A stretch of DNA of 20,000 bases from Chiloscyllium plagiosum. Its lineage: Eukaryota. The number at the start of each line of letters is the position of its first letter. The first letter of the stretch is position 1. Positions 1 to 10,830 of the stretch are shown piece by piece. Under the pieces are notes generated by a model, which was not told the DNA's origin, did no database searches, and saw nothing but the letters and a program-made list of their open reading frames with translations. The position numbers and the translations under genes were made by a program. The stretch lies in assembly GCF_004010195.1 (NCBI RefSeq), contig NC_057719.1, forward strand, positions 62,660,491-62,680,490, read 5' to 3'.

Positions 1-1539
1 CAGTATCAAATTTTGCATAATAATATTCATGGGCCTGGGGGTCATTTGCGATGTTGAAAGTACTGTATAAATTCATTTAGTAATTGTTGGATGTCTTCAT
101 TGAGCTCTGTACAATTAGAGAGAAGTGAACATTGTGCCCACATTTGATCCAGAAGCACTAGGAAATTGACAAATTGCTTAAAATATTTGTGTAACCTGTG
201 CTGTCATTGCAAATATTTGAAATGAGTTTTAAGAGTTCGTGTCAATTGTAAATGTTGGAGTTTTCTTGCATGGTCTGTAATGTTGGCCTAGTCAACAATG
301 CATACAATCTATGAAGGAAGAATTTTAAAAAATACTGAAGAGCTGGTGTTTTCCCTAAAAGTGGCCAAGTCATGAACTGGGGTGTTATTGGCTGGTCAGC
401 TGCCCAGTTGAACTTGTGGAAAAACTGTGCCATTGGACTGCCATGTGGTTTGGGAAAGGATTGATGAAAATGCACCTTGCTGACGATAATCTCACCCATG
501 GAATCCTGATGAAAGCTTGCAAGTGTTTGTGCTTCTCTATGCCATAGCACCTCTGTATTGACTATTTAAAGTGAAACTTGCCTTTTTAGTTGAAATATCA
601 TTCACTTATTAATTTGTGTTTACTTTACATAAGTTTGATTAGAGTTACAAGGAGTGAAATCCTGTTGATAATTCCTTCATCTGGGAGTCATTTGGTAAAT
701 TTGTTTGTTTTGGTTTATGGCTTCCTCATGTGGATTTGAACAGTGTTAATAATGTGAACTTTGTTCTGTGATAGGGAATGTGAACGTCTTCATGTTGTGC
801 TGATGGGGTGTTGTTTCCTGCTATGTGACATGTTTGAGAAGGAAAGATATTGCTACTGTACCAGGGCGTTTTAGGTCACTCCCAGCATTTTGAAATTTAT
901 TGGCTGTTTAGAGTTGAATGAACATGTTGTGCCACGTACTTGATACTGCATTAGTGAACCATACTTGCTTCAGGAGGAACACATACAGTTGAACTCCTAC
1001 AGGACAACTGGTATTCTCTGCAGGTGAGAGTTAGTATTCCATGGAGGTTCCTGGTAGTTTATTGCTGATGGCGAGCAATGCGCAGGCTTGGCTAGTATTC
1101 GGTGACAGTTCCCAGAAATATGTTCACACTAGCAGTGAACCCATCTTAGAGAGGTTTTGAAAACCACAAATCGATTGTGCTCCACATGATGCTTCTTTAG
1201 CACAAGCACAGACCTGGAGATAACGGGTGATGCACTGAATTAAGCATTCATTAGAAATAATGGAACGTGCCAATCAAAAGAGAAGGAATTATTTGAAACA
1301 GAAGTTTTATCTATAGATCACACAACACAAATCATAGAGTACATTTCATCCCAAGTTCAGGATGCAAGTTACGAGTAAGTAGACTGTTCTTGGTTTTCTG
1401 CAAAATCTTGGCTTTTATATAAGTTGAATGCTCTTTTATTTAATTCCTTAAAATTTTTTCATGGATTTCAATAATACATATGCAGTTCAATTTTGTTTTC
1501 TACAAATACCTTTTGTTTTAACGTCACACTGTTTTGCAG

Positions 1540-1640
1540 CTTAAGTTGTTTAAATCCAGAAATCTGTAATGTCTGTCCTGGTGAATCAGGATATTCTGTT
1601 GTGTTGTTTTGTCATCCCAGGCATTTGCATATATAATAAG
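1540..1640 (+). other. Candidate non-coding upstream (5'UTR) exon of FUT8
   Basis: T-rich tract, branch-like ttttaac and tgttttgcAG (1538-1539), followed 101 nt later by a strong donor AAG|GTAAGC at 1641. Splice signals only. Confidence 0.3.
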
Positions 1641-2180
1641 GTAAGCTTTAACTAACATTGGAACTTCTTTCATCTTTATTGCAAGAGAATTAATGTTTTG
1701 GAATCAGGCGCATTGAACGTAACCAGTGCCATTTTTTGTCAGCACAGGAAGTTAATATATAGTGCGCAACTAAGCCTTTACAAATTGCCTTTGTCACTTA
1801 TTATTGAATTCTGTAGACGAGATAAAACACTGCAAAATAGAGGACATTCAACCTTCCACAGTGTACCCTAAAAAATAATGCTTTGTTGGAATACTCTATT
1901 AATATTTAAAAGTATCACCATTATACTCTTATTTGTGGTGTGCACACACTATTTAAGTCTAGATTTGTATTGAAGTGCTTTTGTAATTTTCGCTTGTATT
2001 GTTTTTGTAAATATGATGTTATTCTTTACTGTCTCAACATCAAGTTGTCATTGTTCTTCCATATTTAATATTCAATCTATTTCCCATTTTGGCAATCTTT
2101 GTTACAATAATGATAATTTCAAACATGTTAACACTTGTCTACTTCATGGGTTTGGAACCAGTCAGCGGTATAATGATGAA

Positions 2181-2309
2181 GGTAAAAACAAGGACTGCAG
2201 ATGCTGGAGATCAGAGTTTAGATTAGAGTGGTGCTGGAAAAGCACAGCAGTTCAGGCAGCATCCGAGGAGCAGGGAAATAGGCGTTTTGGGTAAAAGCCC
2301 TTCATCAGG
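2181..2309 (-). mobile_element. Penelope-like element terminal repeat (family A) with degenerate hammerhead motif
   Basis: Reverse complement cctgatgaagggcttttacccaaaacgcctatttccctgctcctcggatgctgcctgaactgctgtgcttttccagc aligns by eye with 10034-10150 and 13125-13213; the latter is attached to a GIY-YIG coding end. Confidence 0.85.
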
Positions 2310-3152
2310 TGAAGCCTAAGCCGTTCTTGACATTGTATCGGGCAGCTCCCAATAAACTCATGTAAGTTTCAACCTTGCAAATCACATGAAAGCCAAGCAA
2401 GTCTTTCACAATTTCTTTTCTATCGTGAAATGCCTAAGTACTACCTTATTTAAAATCCTGAATAATTCTGATCTTTCAACATGTTTGTTTCTCCTTTGAA
2501 GTGACACACATTACATCTTGCAGTCACTGCTGTCAGTAAGCTTGTCATATTAATAAAGTCATGTTTCCCTTGGTTAGAGGAAGGGCAAGAGCGAAGCCCT
2601 CTGGGCACTCTATACATACAAGACTTGCTGGATGTCACTGTGGATTCAGGGTGAAAGCAGCACTTCGTGAGTCTGTAGATGATCATATATGAGGCCATAG
2701 CTTTCTCAGATCGATTAACAGCGTTGATCATGGTTTTAGAGCCGTCTTCAAGTCTAATTCACTCTTCTGAATATATGTTGCAACTTAATTTCTAAGAATT
2801 CATTCCATCTGTGAAAGCCTTTGAATAACTGTTGGTGCTCAGAGTTATGATGCAGTGCATCTATCTCATTGCAGCAGCCTTCAAAATCTCAGCCTCTCTA
2901 TTGCCTTCCTAGCTCCAGTCGGTCTGTGGATGAATATTATTTGCTGTGTTTATCTGCAATGACTTTTAATATATTGTGTGGATTAGCCAGATGAAGTGAA
3001 GAGATTTGCTGTTTTGAAGGGCAGGCATAGAGATCTGACACTCCCCATATAACACTATCTCGACTTTCAGTATAATTGCTTTCATGTGTAGTCCATTATT
3101 TGGAAGTCATATAATTAATCCAATTATGTACTCTTTTTTTCTCTTTCTGCAG

Positions 3153-3380
3153 TGTCGAAATGAGAGGTTTTTAATAAGTGAATTGACTAGTTGTCACATC
3201 AAGGGAAAGGTTCATCTGGAGGAAGAAAAGCAGCGTCCAAGAAATTTCAGGAGCTGTGAGAATTCCTGGCACAATGTGTTGAGGGAAAGAAAGGCATATA
3301 CTCATTCAGCTCTGCACAGATCCTGAAAGCATGGCTGTTTTTGACCTGTGAGTGACTACTGAGCACCGGACCAGCTGAAG
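3153..3380 (+). other. FUT8: 5'UTR portion of the FUT8 first coding exon, containing three uORFs
   Basis: Polypyrimidine tract and acceptor ctctttttttctctttctgcAG ending at 3152. uORFs at 3160-3174 (MRGF*), 3274-3282 (MC*) and 3331-3351 (MAVFDL*). Confidence 0.8.
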
Positions 3381-3583
3381 ATGCGGCCATGGACTGGCTC
3401 CTGGCGATGGATTATGTTGATCCTTCTTGCCTGGGGGACTTTGCTGTTCTACATTGGCGGGCATCTCGTGAGAGACAGCGATCAACCGGATCGCTCCAGC
3501 AGAGAACTGTCCAAGATACTTGCAAAGCTTGAGCGTTTGAAACAACAAAATGAAGATTTGCGGCGGATGGCTGAGTCACTGAG
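3381..3583 (+). CDS. FUT8: Alpha-(1,6)-fucosyltransferase, first coding exon (cytoplasmic tail, type II signal-anchor TM helix, start of the coiled-coil stem). 203 coding nt, phase-2 intron follows; downstream exons are not recognised in the window.
   Basis: Translation [68 protein letters not shown] is near-identical to the vertebrate FUT8 N-terminus. Donor AG|GTAGGT at 3583/3584 splits the Arg codon, so the ORF-track stop at 3585-3587 is intronic. Confidence 0.97.
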
Positions 3584-3984
3584 GTAGGTAAGGGAGGGTC
3601 AGAATGCATCTGGGGCTCCACGTGGTGACATTGTGACATCATTGGTGCCACTGAGCAATGACGTGCCCGTGAGTGGGTCAAGAGAGATTGCAGTTTGGCT
3701 AACTGTTACATTATTGATCTAGTTATAATGATGATTATTGTTGATGTCAGGCCTGTCATTGAAATATTTGTTTGACATCAGGGAACAATGCACGCCATTA
3801 AAATGGAGACTCAGGAAAACATTACTGCCAGGTTTTGCCTTTTGGAGATGCTGTCAGTCTTGGGTATAACTTTGTGATTTTGTGGTCTAATTATAGTCTA
3901 CTAGAGACTGAATATCTTTATGTAATGTATTATTTTGGGGCAGAGTGAAAAACCAAGGATCTGTAGACCCTGTTTAAAAAAGAA

Positions 3985-4172
3985 ACGAAAGAACTGTGGA
4001 TCCAGGAAATCAGAACAAAAGCAGAAATCGCTGGAAAAACTCAGCAGGTCTGGCAGCAGTTTTGGAGAGAAAGTGGAGTTAACATTTTGGGTGCATTGAA
4101 GAAGGAGGGTCACTGGACCGGAAACATTAAGTCTGCTTTGCCTGAACAGATGCTGCAGATCTGTTAGTTGAG
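3985..4172. mobile_element. Palindromic PLE-terminal-derived repeat (family B), degenerate
   Basis: ctcagcaggtctggcagc...aacattttgggt followed by inverted ggtcactggaccggaaacattaa...gatgctgcagatctg; similar to 7949-8151. Confidence 0.7.
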
Positions 4173-4469
4173 CCCAGCTCATGGCAAAGTTACTGGAATC
4201 TACAATCAGGGACAGCGAGACCAAGTACTAGACATACATGAGGCCAGTCAGAGAATCAGCATCATAAACAACAGGTTGTGTCCGAGTAAAGTAATTGATA
4301 TTGGTGAGGGAAAAGATGCAGCTAGGAATCTTACTATTTGGATTTTCTGAAGGTATCTGATAAGCTGGTGAGGGAATTGGAAGTAGGAAGCAGTTTGGAA
4401 AACAGCGATACTGTCCTTGGATATAACAACTCCAGTTTGGCTGGGGGCTTCAGTTCTTCATGTTTGTCA

Positions 4470-5155
4470 ATAACTTGGATGTGAAATAAAGCATTATATG
4501 TTAAAGTTGGAAGCTGGCACGGTGACGTACAGTAAGTTGTAACTTGACACAGGAAGGAAGCAAGGTGCAGAGGCACATGGACAAAACTGTGGCATATGGA
4601 GTGCAGTGTGGGAAAGTTTAAGTTTGTCCAAATTGGATTTATGGAAGACAAATATGAATATAATCTAACTTGCGATCAGTTAAAAATTACAGACATATAA
4701 AAGGGCTATGTACTTAGGTATACAAATCACTCAAAGCTACATAATGTACATGCAAAGTCTAATGTAATGTTGGCCTACGTTCAAGTGGTTTGGAATACAA
4801 AGAGTGGAAATTAATGCTTCTGTTGCTTGTTCAAGCCTTATTAGGAGTAACTTACTTCACTTTGAGCAATTCGTCTGAAATAAAGTGTTGGCTTTGGAGT
4901 AGGTATAGCACCAGCTCATCAAAGTGAAAGGGTTACATTATAAGAACATGTTCCATGCCCCATTGAGTTGACTAAGTTGAGGAGTGATCTGACCAAAGTG
5001 CTTAAAATTATGAATCATCTTAGAAAGTTAAGTATGAAGAAACTCTTTCCTCTGTTGTATGAATCCAGGATATGATGCAATAATAAAATTGGACCTAAGC
5101 CAATCAGCAGTGAAATCAGGAAGCAGTTTTTCAAACGAGGGATGGTGAAGGTTGT
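4470..5155 (+). mobile_element. Highly decayed CR1-clade LINE fragment (RT C-terminal region)
   Basis: Similar to the 3' part of the LINE at 16450-17200, e.g. tggcatatggagtgcagtgtgggaaagt, aagttgaggagtgatctgac (RLRGDL-like) and aggaagcagtttttc...agggatggtgaag. Confidence 0.65.
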
Positions 5156-5159
5156 CATC

Positions 5160-6620
5160 ATAAAGAGCCATAGTGTCAAAAAGAAGAGAAACAGTCCCCT
5201 TGGCCCACCATGTCTGTGCCGACCAACCAACACCAAACTATACTGATCCTGTTTAATTGCACACAGTCTGTAGCCTATTACTGTTATGAACCAGACCAGT
5301 CCAGATCATGCTCTGGGTGAGAAAAAGTATTCTCAGATTTCCTCTAAACCACTGCGTCCTCATCTTACACTTGTACCCTCTCCTATTAAATATGTCCGTC
5401 TCATGATCTGAAAAGACTCTCACAATCTACTCTCTCTATGCCTCTCATAATTTTGTATATCTCAATCAGATCTCCCCTCAGCCTCCTCTGCTCTGAAGAA
5501 AACAAAGCTAGTCTATTCAGTCTCTCTCAATCCCAGGCATCATCCTGGTGAATCTCCTCAGCCCCCCTCCAATTCAATCATGTCCTTCCAATAGTGTGGC
5601 ACTCAGAACTGCACACAATATTCCATCTGCAGTCCAGCCAATGCCCTATAAATTTGCTACAAGATTTCCTTGTACCTGTACTCGACATCCCGGCTAATGA
5701 AGACAAGTATCCTGAAAGCCGCCTTCATCACCCAATCTACCTGTGCTGACGCCCCTTCAGGGATCTATAGACTTGTATGCCAAGATCCTTTTGATTCTCA
5801 GTACTCCCTAAGGACCTATCATTCATTCTTCCTTTATTAGATATGTCAAAATGCATCACCTCGTACTTATCAGGATTAAAATCCACCTGCCATTGCTCTG
5901 TCCAATTTACTAGTTGATCAACATCAGGTTGTCATCTGAGACCTTTCTGCTCTCTGTCAACAATACCACCAATTTTCATGTCATCTGCCAACTTACTAAT
6001 TATACCTTTGATGTTGACGTCATAGTTGTTAATGTATGTAGCAAACAGCAAGGGTACCAATACAAAACCCTGTGGTCACATGCTCCCAATGAAAGAAACA
6101 ACACTCCACCATCAATCTTTTCCTCCTATTTGAAAGCCAGTTTTTGGATATACTTTGCCAATATGGTTTGGATGTAATGGACTCTGAGCTTTTGAACCAG
6201 CCTTTCATATGTGATCTTGTCAAAGGCCTTAGTAATGTCCATGTAACACATCAACTACAATGCCCTCATCAATATGTTTCCAAAAACTCTGAGAATTAGT
6301 CAGACAGGGTCTTCATCCAGCAAATCCATGTTGACTATCCATGATCAATCCTGGCTTTTCCAAGTGTTGGGTAATCTTGTCCCTTGGAATTTTTTCCATC
6401 ATTTCCTTTCCACTGACGTCAGACTAACTGGTCTGAAATCACCTGGCCTACCCCTACTGCCCTCCTTGAACAAAGGAACTACATTTGTTTTCTTCCAGTT
6501 TTCTGTGGCCAGTGAAGTATTAAAGATTAAATATTTGCAAGAGCCCCAGCAACCTCCTCCCTTGCCTCCCATAGCAGCCTGGCACACAACTCGTCAAGCC
6601 TTGGGGATTTATGCATCTTT
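5160..6620 (-). mobile_element. 5'-truncated, decayed CR1-clade LINE (RT region to 3' tail)
   Basis: Minus ORF 6399-6587 contains ENWKKTNVVPLFKEGSRGRPGDFRPVSLTS (CR1 pre-RT motif). tgtcaaaggcctt near 6218-6230 is KAFD on the minus strand. 3' tail at about 5160-5225. Confidence 0.85.
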
Positions 6621-6729
6621 ATGCCTGCTAAAAATATTTAATAACTCCTCCTTATTAATCTTAGTATGTCTGCAGCTCTATTACCTGTACTGACGTGGAT
6701 TTGTTTGCTATGTCACTGAAGGCTGAGAT

Positions 6730-6860
6730 TGTTACGTAAGTTACTTGAGGGTATCAAGGTCTATTGGAGAAAAGATGGGATCATGCAGTTGAGGTAAGAG
6801 AGACATATAATCTAATAGGTGCTGGAAAAAGTTCAGTGAGCTGAATGCCTTACTCTTATT
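6730..6860 (+). mobile_element. CR1-like LINE 3' tail, probable continuation of 4470-5155
   Basis: ggtatcaaggtctattggagaaaag...gagctgaatgccttactcttatt resembles the tails at 11800-11925 and 17255-17380. Confidence 0.5.
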
Positions 6861-7309
6861 GAAAGATCACATTAAAAGCTTGAAGAATATAGTGAAATAA
6901 GAACAAAAGTGTTGCCCAGCAACATCTATGGAGGGATGGACAGACCAAACAAAAAACCTCCTTTGCTCCCACAGGTCTGATGGCTTCTGACACAAATATT
7001 GACACCCCAAGTCTGCTTAACTACCTGAAGCCAGTCATCGAGTTGTTGCCAGAGAGGAGGCCTTCGTCATTGATAACTCATCACCATTTCGCAGACCAGT
7101 CAGTCACTTGTTGGCAGCCAAGCCTCCAATTCCTTGGCTCTAGGTGGTCTATAACTTGGCTTTTCCCACTGCTTAAAGCAACAATGGTGTAACTTCATAT
7201 GAGTTTCTGGTCATTTACTTTTAATATAGTGCAGTAATATTCCAACTATCCTTGGCTTTAAAATCATTCCAATTCCCATTTCAATTCAGAATAAAAAATA
7301 CAGGAAAAT

Positions 7310-9000
7310 AAAAAGAGATGGCCTTGAAAGAATGGTGATAGGAGGGTGGGGGGTGGGGTTGGTGGGGAGGTGAAGAGAGATGTGTTTGACTGTGGCATCT
7401 TGTTGGAGGTGAAAGAAATAGCAGAGGATGACACTTTGAATGGAGAAGCTGCTGGAGTAGAAAGTGAGGATCAAGGAGGGAGGGGAAAGAGTAGAGGCAG
7501 AAGAGAGGAACATGGGCCAGGCGTGACTGAGGGCTCTGTTAACCATGGTGGGGGCTCGTTTGAGGGAAAAGAAAAACATGTTCGAGGTCCTCCTGAGCAA
7601 GGTGGCATTGGCTGAAATAATGTGATGGAGAAACTGGAAGAATGGAATGGAGTCATTATCGGAAGCAAGCTGTAAGTAAGTGGATTCAAGGTAATTGTGA
7701 GAGTTGGAGGGTATGTAGTGGATATTGGATATCTCATTCCCAGAAATGGAAGCAAAGATGTCCAGGAAGTGTAGGAGAAAGTCTGAGGTGGACCTGGTGA
7801 AAGTGAGAAAAGGATGGAAATTTGAAGCGAATTTAATTCATTTTTCACATTTCCAAATGAAGAGCAGGGAGGTGCATTGATACAGTCATTGATGTACCAG
7901 AGAAAGAGTCAGGACAAAGAACATTCCACATACCTACCATAATTGGCACTCCAAAATAAACTAAAAACTGAGGATGCAGGAGATCCGAAACAAAAACAGA
8001 GATTGCTGGCGAAACTCAGCAAGTTTGGCAGTGTCTGTGGGGAAGAAATAGAATTAATGTTTCGAGTCCAGGGATCCTTCTGAAAGGTTACTGGACTTGA
8101 AATGTTAACTCTGCCAGACCTGCTGAGTTTCTCCAGCAATTTCTGTTTTTATAGCTGCGTCTCATGTGGGTACCCATAGCCACACCTTTGACTTGGAGAC
8201 CGTAAGATACTTTCAGAGAGAAATTATTCAAGGTGAGGAAAAAAAGTAAGCAAGATCAAGGAGGATGTGATGAAGGATGTGGACTGTTCAGGTAAGAAGC
8301 AGAGAGCTTTCTGTCCTGATGGGGAAGATGGAGAGAGGAGTTGCACTTCCATAGTGAAGATCTGCTGGGGCTAGGAAAGTTGCAACTGTGAAATTGACAT
8401 GAAATGACACAAGAATCAAAAATGTAAGTGGAGATTGTAGATAAGGAGAAATGAGTTCAGTTGGGCAGGAGCAGCCTTAACCAATGGGTCTGCCAGAGCA
8501 ATTCTATTTGTGGGTTTTGGAAGAAGGTGGTGGCTGGGACTGTGTGTGGGTGGGGAACTAAAAAGTGGGACACTGTTTAGGGATGATGTCAATAATCTTC
8601 TTGGAACAATGACTTGAACTTCAGTGCTGGGACCATGTTCTAGGGCAAGATAAGAAGAAGTGTCTAAGGTTTTGTGTTCAACCTGTGGTAGAGATCAATA
8701 TACCAGACATCAATAGGCACCATCCTTATCAGGAAGATTGATAAAGTTAGGGGAAAGTCAGAGATGGAATCAGGTCTGCTAGGGTGGAGGCCCGAGCACA
8801 TTAAAGAACGAAAGGTTTCATGATGCCGTAGCCAAAAAGATGAATATGAATATCGTGAAGAAACAGAGGTTGTGTCTGAATGAGACATGAGTTATTGCGG
8901 TAAAATCCATCTGAATGCAATATGAAGCGATAAATAGAGAAACAAGATAGTAAAACCCAAAAGAGGAGTAGATTTCCATGGGTTGAGGTCAAAGGGAAAG
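7310..9000 (-). mobile_element. Decayed Penelope-like element reverse transcriptase region, interrupted at 7949-8151
   Basis: Minus-strand motifs in correct order: LLPK-THK (about 8508-8527), GRPI (8481-8496), FTMEVQ (8341-8360, the FTMDV motif), LQVKGVAMGTHM (8161-8198), SY|A...YVE, and WYINDCI (7871-7899, mutated YIDD). Stops and frameshifts throughout. Confidence 0.85.
7949..8151. mobile_element. Palindromic PLE-terminal-derived repeat (family B) inserted into the PLE RT remnant
   Basis: 7992-8031 aaaaacagagattgctggcgaaactcagcaagtttggcag is the inverted repeat of 8111-8150 ctgccagacctgctgagtttctccagcaatttctgttttt. Inner arms 8054-8079 and 8084-8108 also pair. Confidence 0.85.
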
Positions 9001-9261
9001 GTGGATGAGAAGTAAAGGCTGGGATGTAGTTCTCAGGGATTGAACCCCTGTACTGTCTCCATGCCTTCGATCACACCTTTCAGATGCCCCTTCCAGCCAA
9101 CAAACCAATCATATTTTTATTGTCTCCAGGAAGGACGTTTGTTGGCATGTTCATCAAGTTAATGCCAACTCTGGCAGATTGATATTCATCAACTGCCTTC
9201 CCTAACTCCTACCATAACTCCTCTCAGACCAGTACATTCTGCCCATCAACCCACTCTCTCA

Positions 9262-9315
9262 CTAGATGCTACCTGACCTACTGAGTTCCTCTAACATGCT
9301 GTATTTGTATTTCAG
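9262..9315 (+). mobile_element. Short PLE-terminal repeat remnant
   Basis: agatgctacctgacctactgagttcctctaacatgctgtatttgtatttcag resembles the gatgctgcc(a/t)gacctgctg segment of families A and B. Confidence 0.55.
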
Positions 9316-10029
9316 GTATCTGCTGTGTTTTGCTTTGGTTCTAGAAGACAATGACACGGATTGTGAATTGTTCCTTCCTAATGGAAGCATTGACTGTGTG
9401 TTAGTGCATAAAATGACGTGCAGTTTTCATCTGGCTGTGAATGATTCAATGCCACCTCTAAGTTACAAAGAGAAAGCTGCCATTATTCAGAAGCTAAGGC
9501 AAGCAGCAGCCAGTCTCCAAACTGGCAAATTGCACTGAATTCTTTATCATATTTCCGATACATTACCCCCATTTTCTTTGAAAAATTACACCAAATGGGG
9601 GAAAAAAAAATCTTTGCTAACTAGCCAAAGCTTGACAGTTGATTTGAGGAGAAAGTGGTTGGTTTTCTCTGATAGCCTGAAACACATGAAGATGTGTGGT
9701 GCCAAGATTGCAAAATATTAACGGAGAGAAGCCAAAGCCAAATGGGTGGAGTGGAAGATTCTTGCTCCCCAATTCAGTGGGGCTGACTGTTATTTCCCTT
9801 CATCAATTTTGTAATTTATGCATTAAATGCCTTCCCATTAGTTCTAAGGGCTGGGGCTTGAAGTACGGTTGCAGTTAATATGGCTACTTTGATTTTATTT
9901 GGTTATTTCGACTAAGTATTTTTGTGGTACCAACATAAACTGCTAAGTCCAGTGGAACTCACTAAACTAAACTCCATTGACATGCACAGTTTCTGAAGAA
10001 GTTAGAAATCCCTTGTTCCATAATACCAA

Positions 10030-10160
10030 CATTCCTGATGAAGAACTTATGCCCGAAACATCGATTCTCCTGCTCCTCGGATGCTGCCTGACCTGCTGTG
10101 CTTTTCCAGCGCCACACTTTTCGACTCTGATCTCCAGCATCTGTAGTCCTCATTTTCTCC
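10030..10160 (+). mobile_element. Penelope-like element terminal repeat (family A); hammerhead core present but stem II mutated
   Basis: cattcCTGATGAagaacttatgcccGAAAcatcgattctcctgctcctcggatgctgcctgacctgctgtgcttttccagc; closely matches 13121-13213. Confidence 0.85.
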
Positions 10161-10671
10161 GTAATACTAAGGATGATTTGGACAGCTCTCGCCGATCCAA
10201 CCGTGTGCTGAAAACTATCAGATATAACTAAAAACATGACAAACCTGGTACAGTTTATCCCTACTTTTATTTCAATAGAAGCTGTCTGTGTTCCTTCAGG
10301 AACGAGTTTCGTAATTGTAACATCTTTCCAGTAGTTAAGTCCGCTTTAATACCATTGTATTAACCAGTCAATCAACAAAACCATTCGCAACTGGATGAAT
10401 CAATGCAGAATCAATATACCCTTTTATGCACATCAGGAAGGATTAGAGTGAATGGTATGGACACATGTAACTTGAAAGCATGTAAGGCAAGTCAGAAATT
10501 CAATGAAATGTTCTGCATTTCTCTGGACGCGTACAGCTGCAGTCGCACAGAATATTTGACACAACTAAGGCCAAATCTTACATCTTCCTCCTGAACAGCA
10601 GTCTTGGGAGTGCAAACCTCATGTTGTCTGCAGCAGTTTAAGCAGAAAGTTCTTGACGTTCTTTCCCTAAC

Positions 10672-10830
10672 GTCAGAAGTCACACGACACCAGGTTATAA
10701 TCCAAAAGAACTTGGAAAAGGAGCAGCCCTCCGAAAGCTTGTGATTTCAAATAAACCTGTTGGGCTATAACCTCGTGTCGTGTGACTTCTGACCTAGTCC
10801 AGTTCAGTCCAACACTGGCACCTCCACATC
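10672..10830 (+). mobile_element. Inverted-repeat element (family C), probably PLE-terminal-derived
   Basis: gtcagaagtcacacgacaccaggttata (10672-10699) and tataacctcgtgtcgtgtgacttctgac (10766-10793) form a 28-bp inverted repeat with 1 mismatch. Internal ggagcagccctccGAAAgctt. Homologous to 12204-12386. Confidence 0.8.

Noticed and set aside
242..550. 102-aa minus-strand ORF
   Set aside because: Non-ATG start, no recognisable domain, length compatible with chance.
1024..1374. Possible exon (ttctctgcAG at 1023, GTAAGT at 1375) with a 39-codon ORF from 1041
   Set aside because: Short pyrimidine tract, weak exonic donor context (CGA) and no recognisable peptide.
2281..2309. Active hammerhead in the minus-strand family A copy
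   Set aside because: GAAA is mutated to AAAA and the GUC site to GCC; it is also antisense to FUT8.
3381..3587. Stand-alone 68-aa membrane microprotein gene
   Set aside because: It is the first coding exon of FUT8; the stop lies past the canonical donor.
7286..8139. Overlapping ORFs on both strands
   Set aside because: Derived from the decayed PLE RT and a purine-skewed composition; no intact protein.
10035..10062. Active hammerhead monomer
   Set aside because: Stem II is disrupted (GAAC versus GCCC) and the ACGU palindrome is changed to ACAU.
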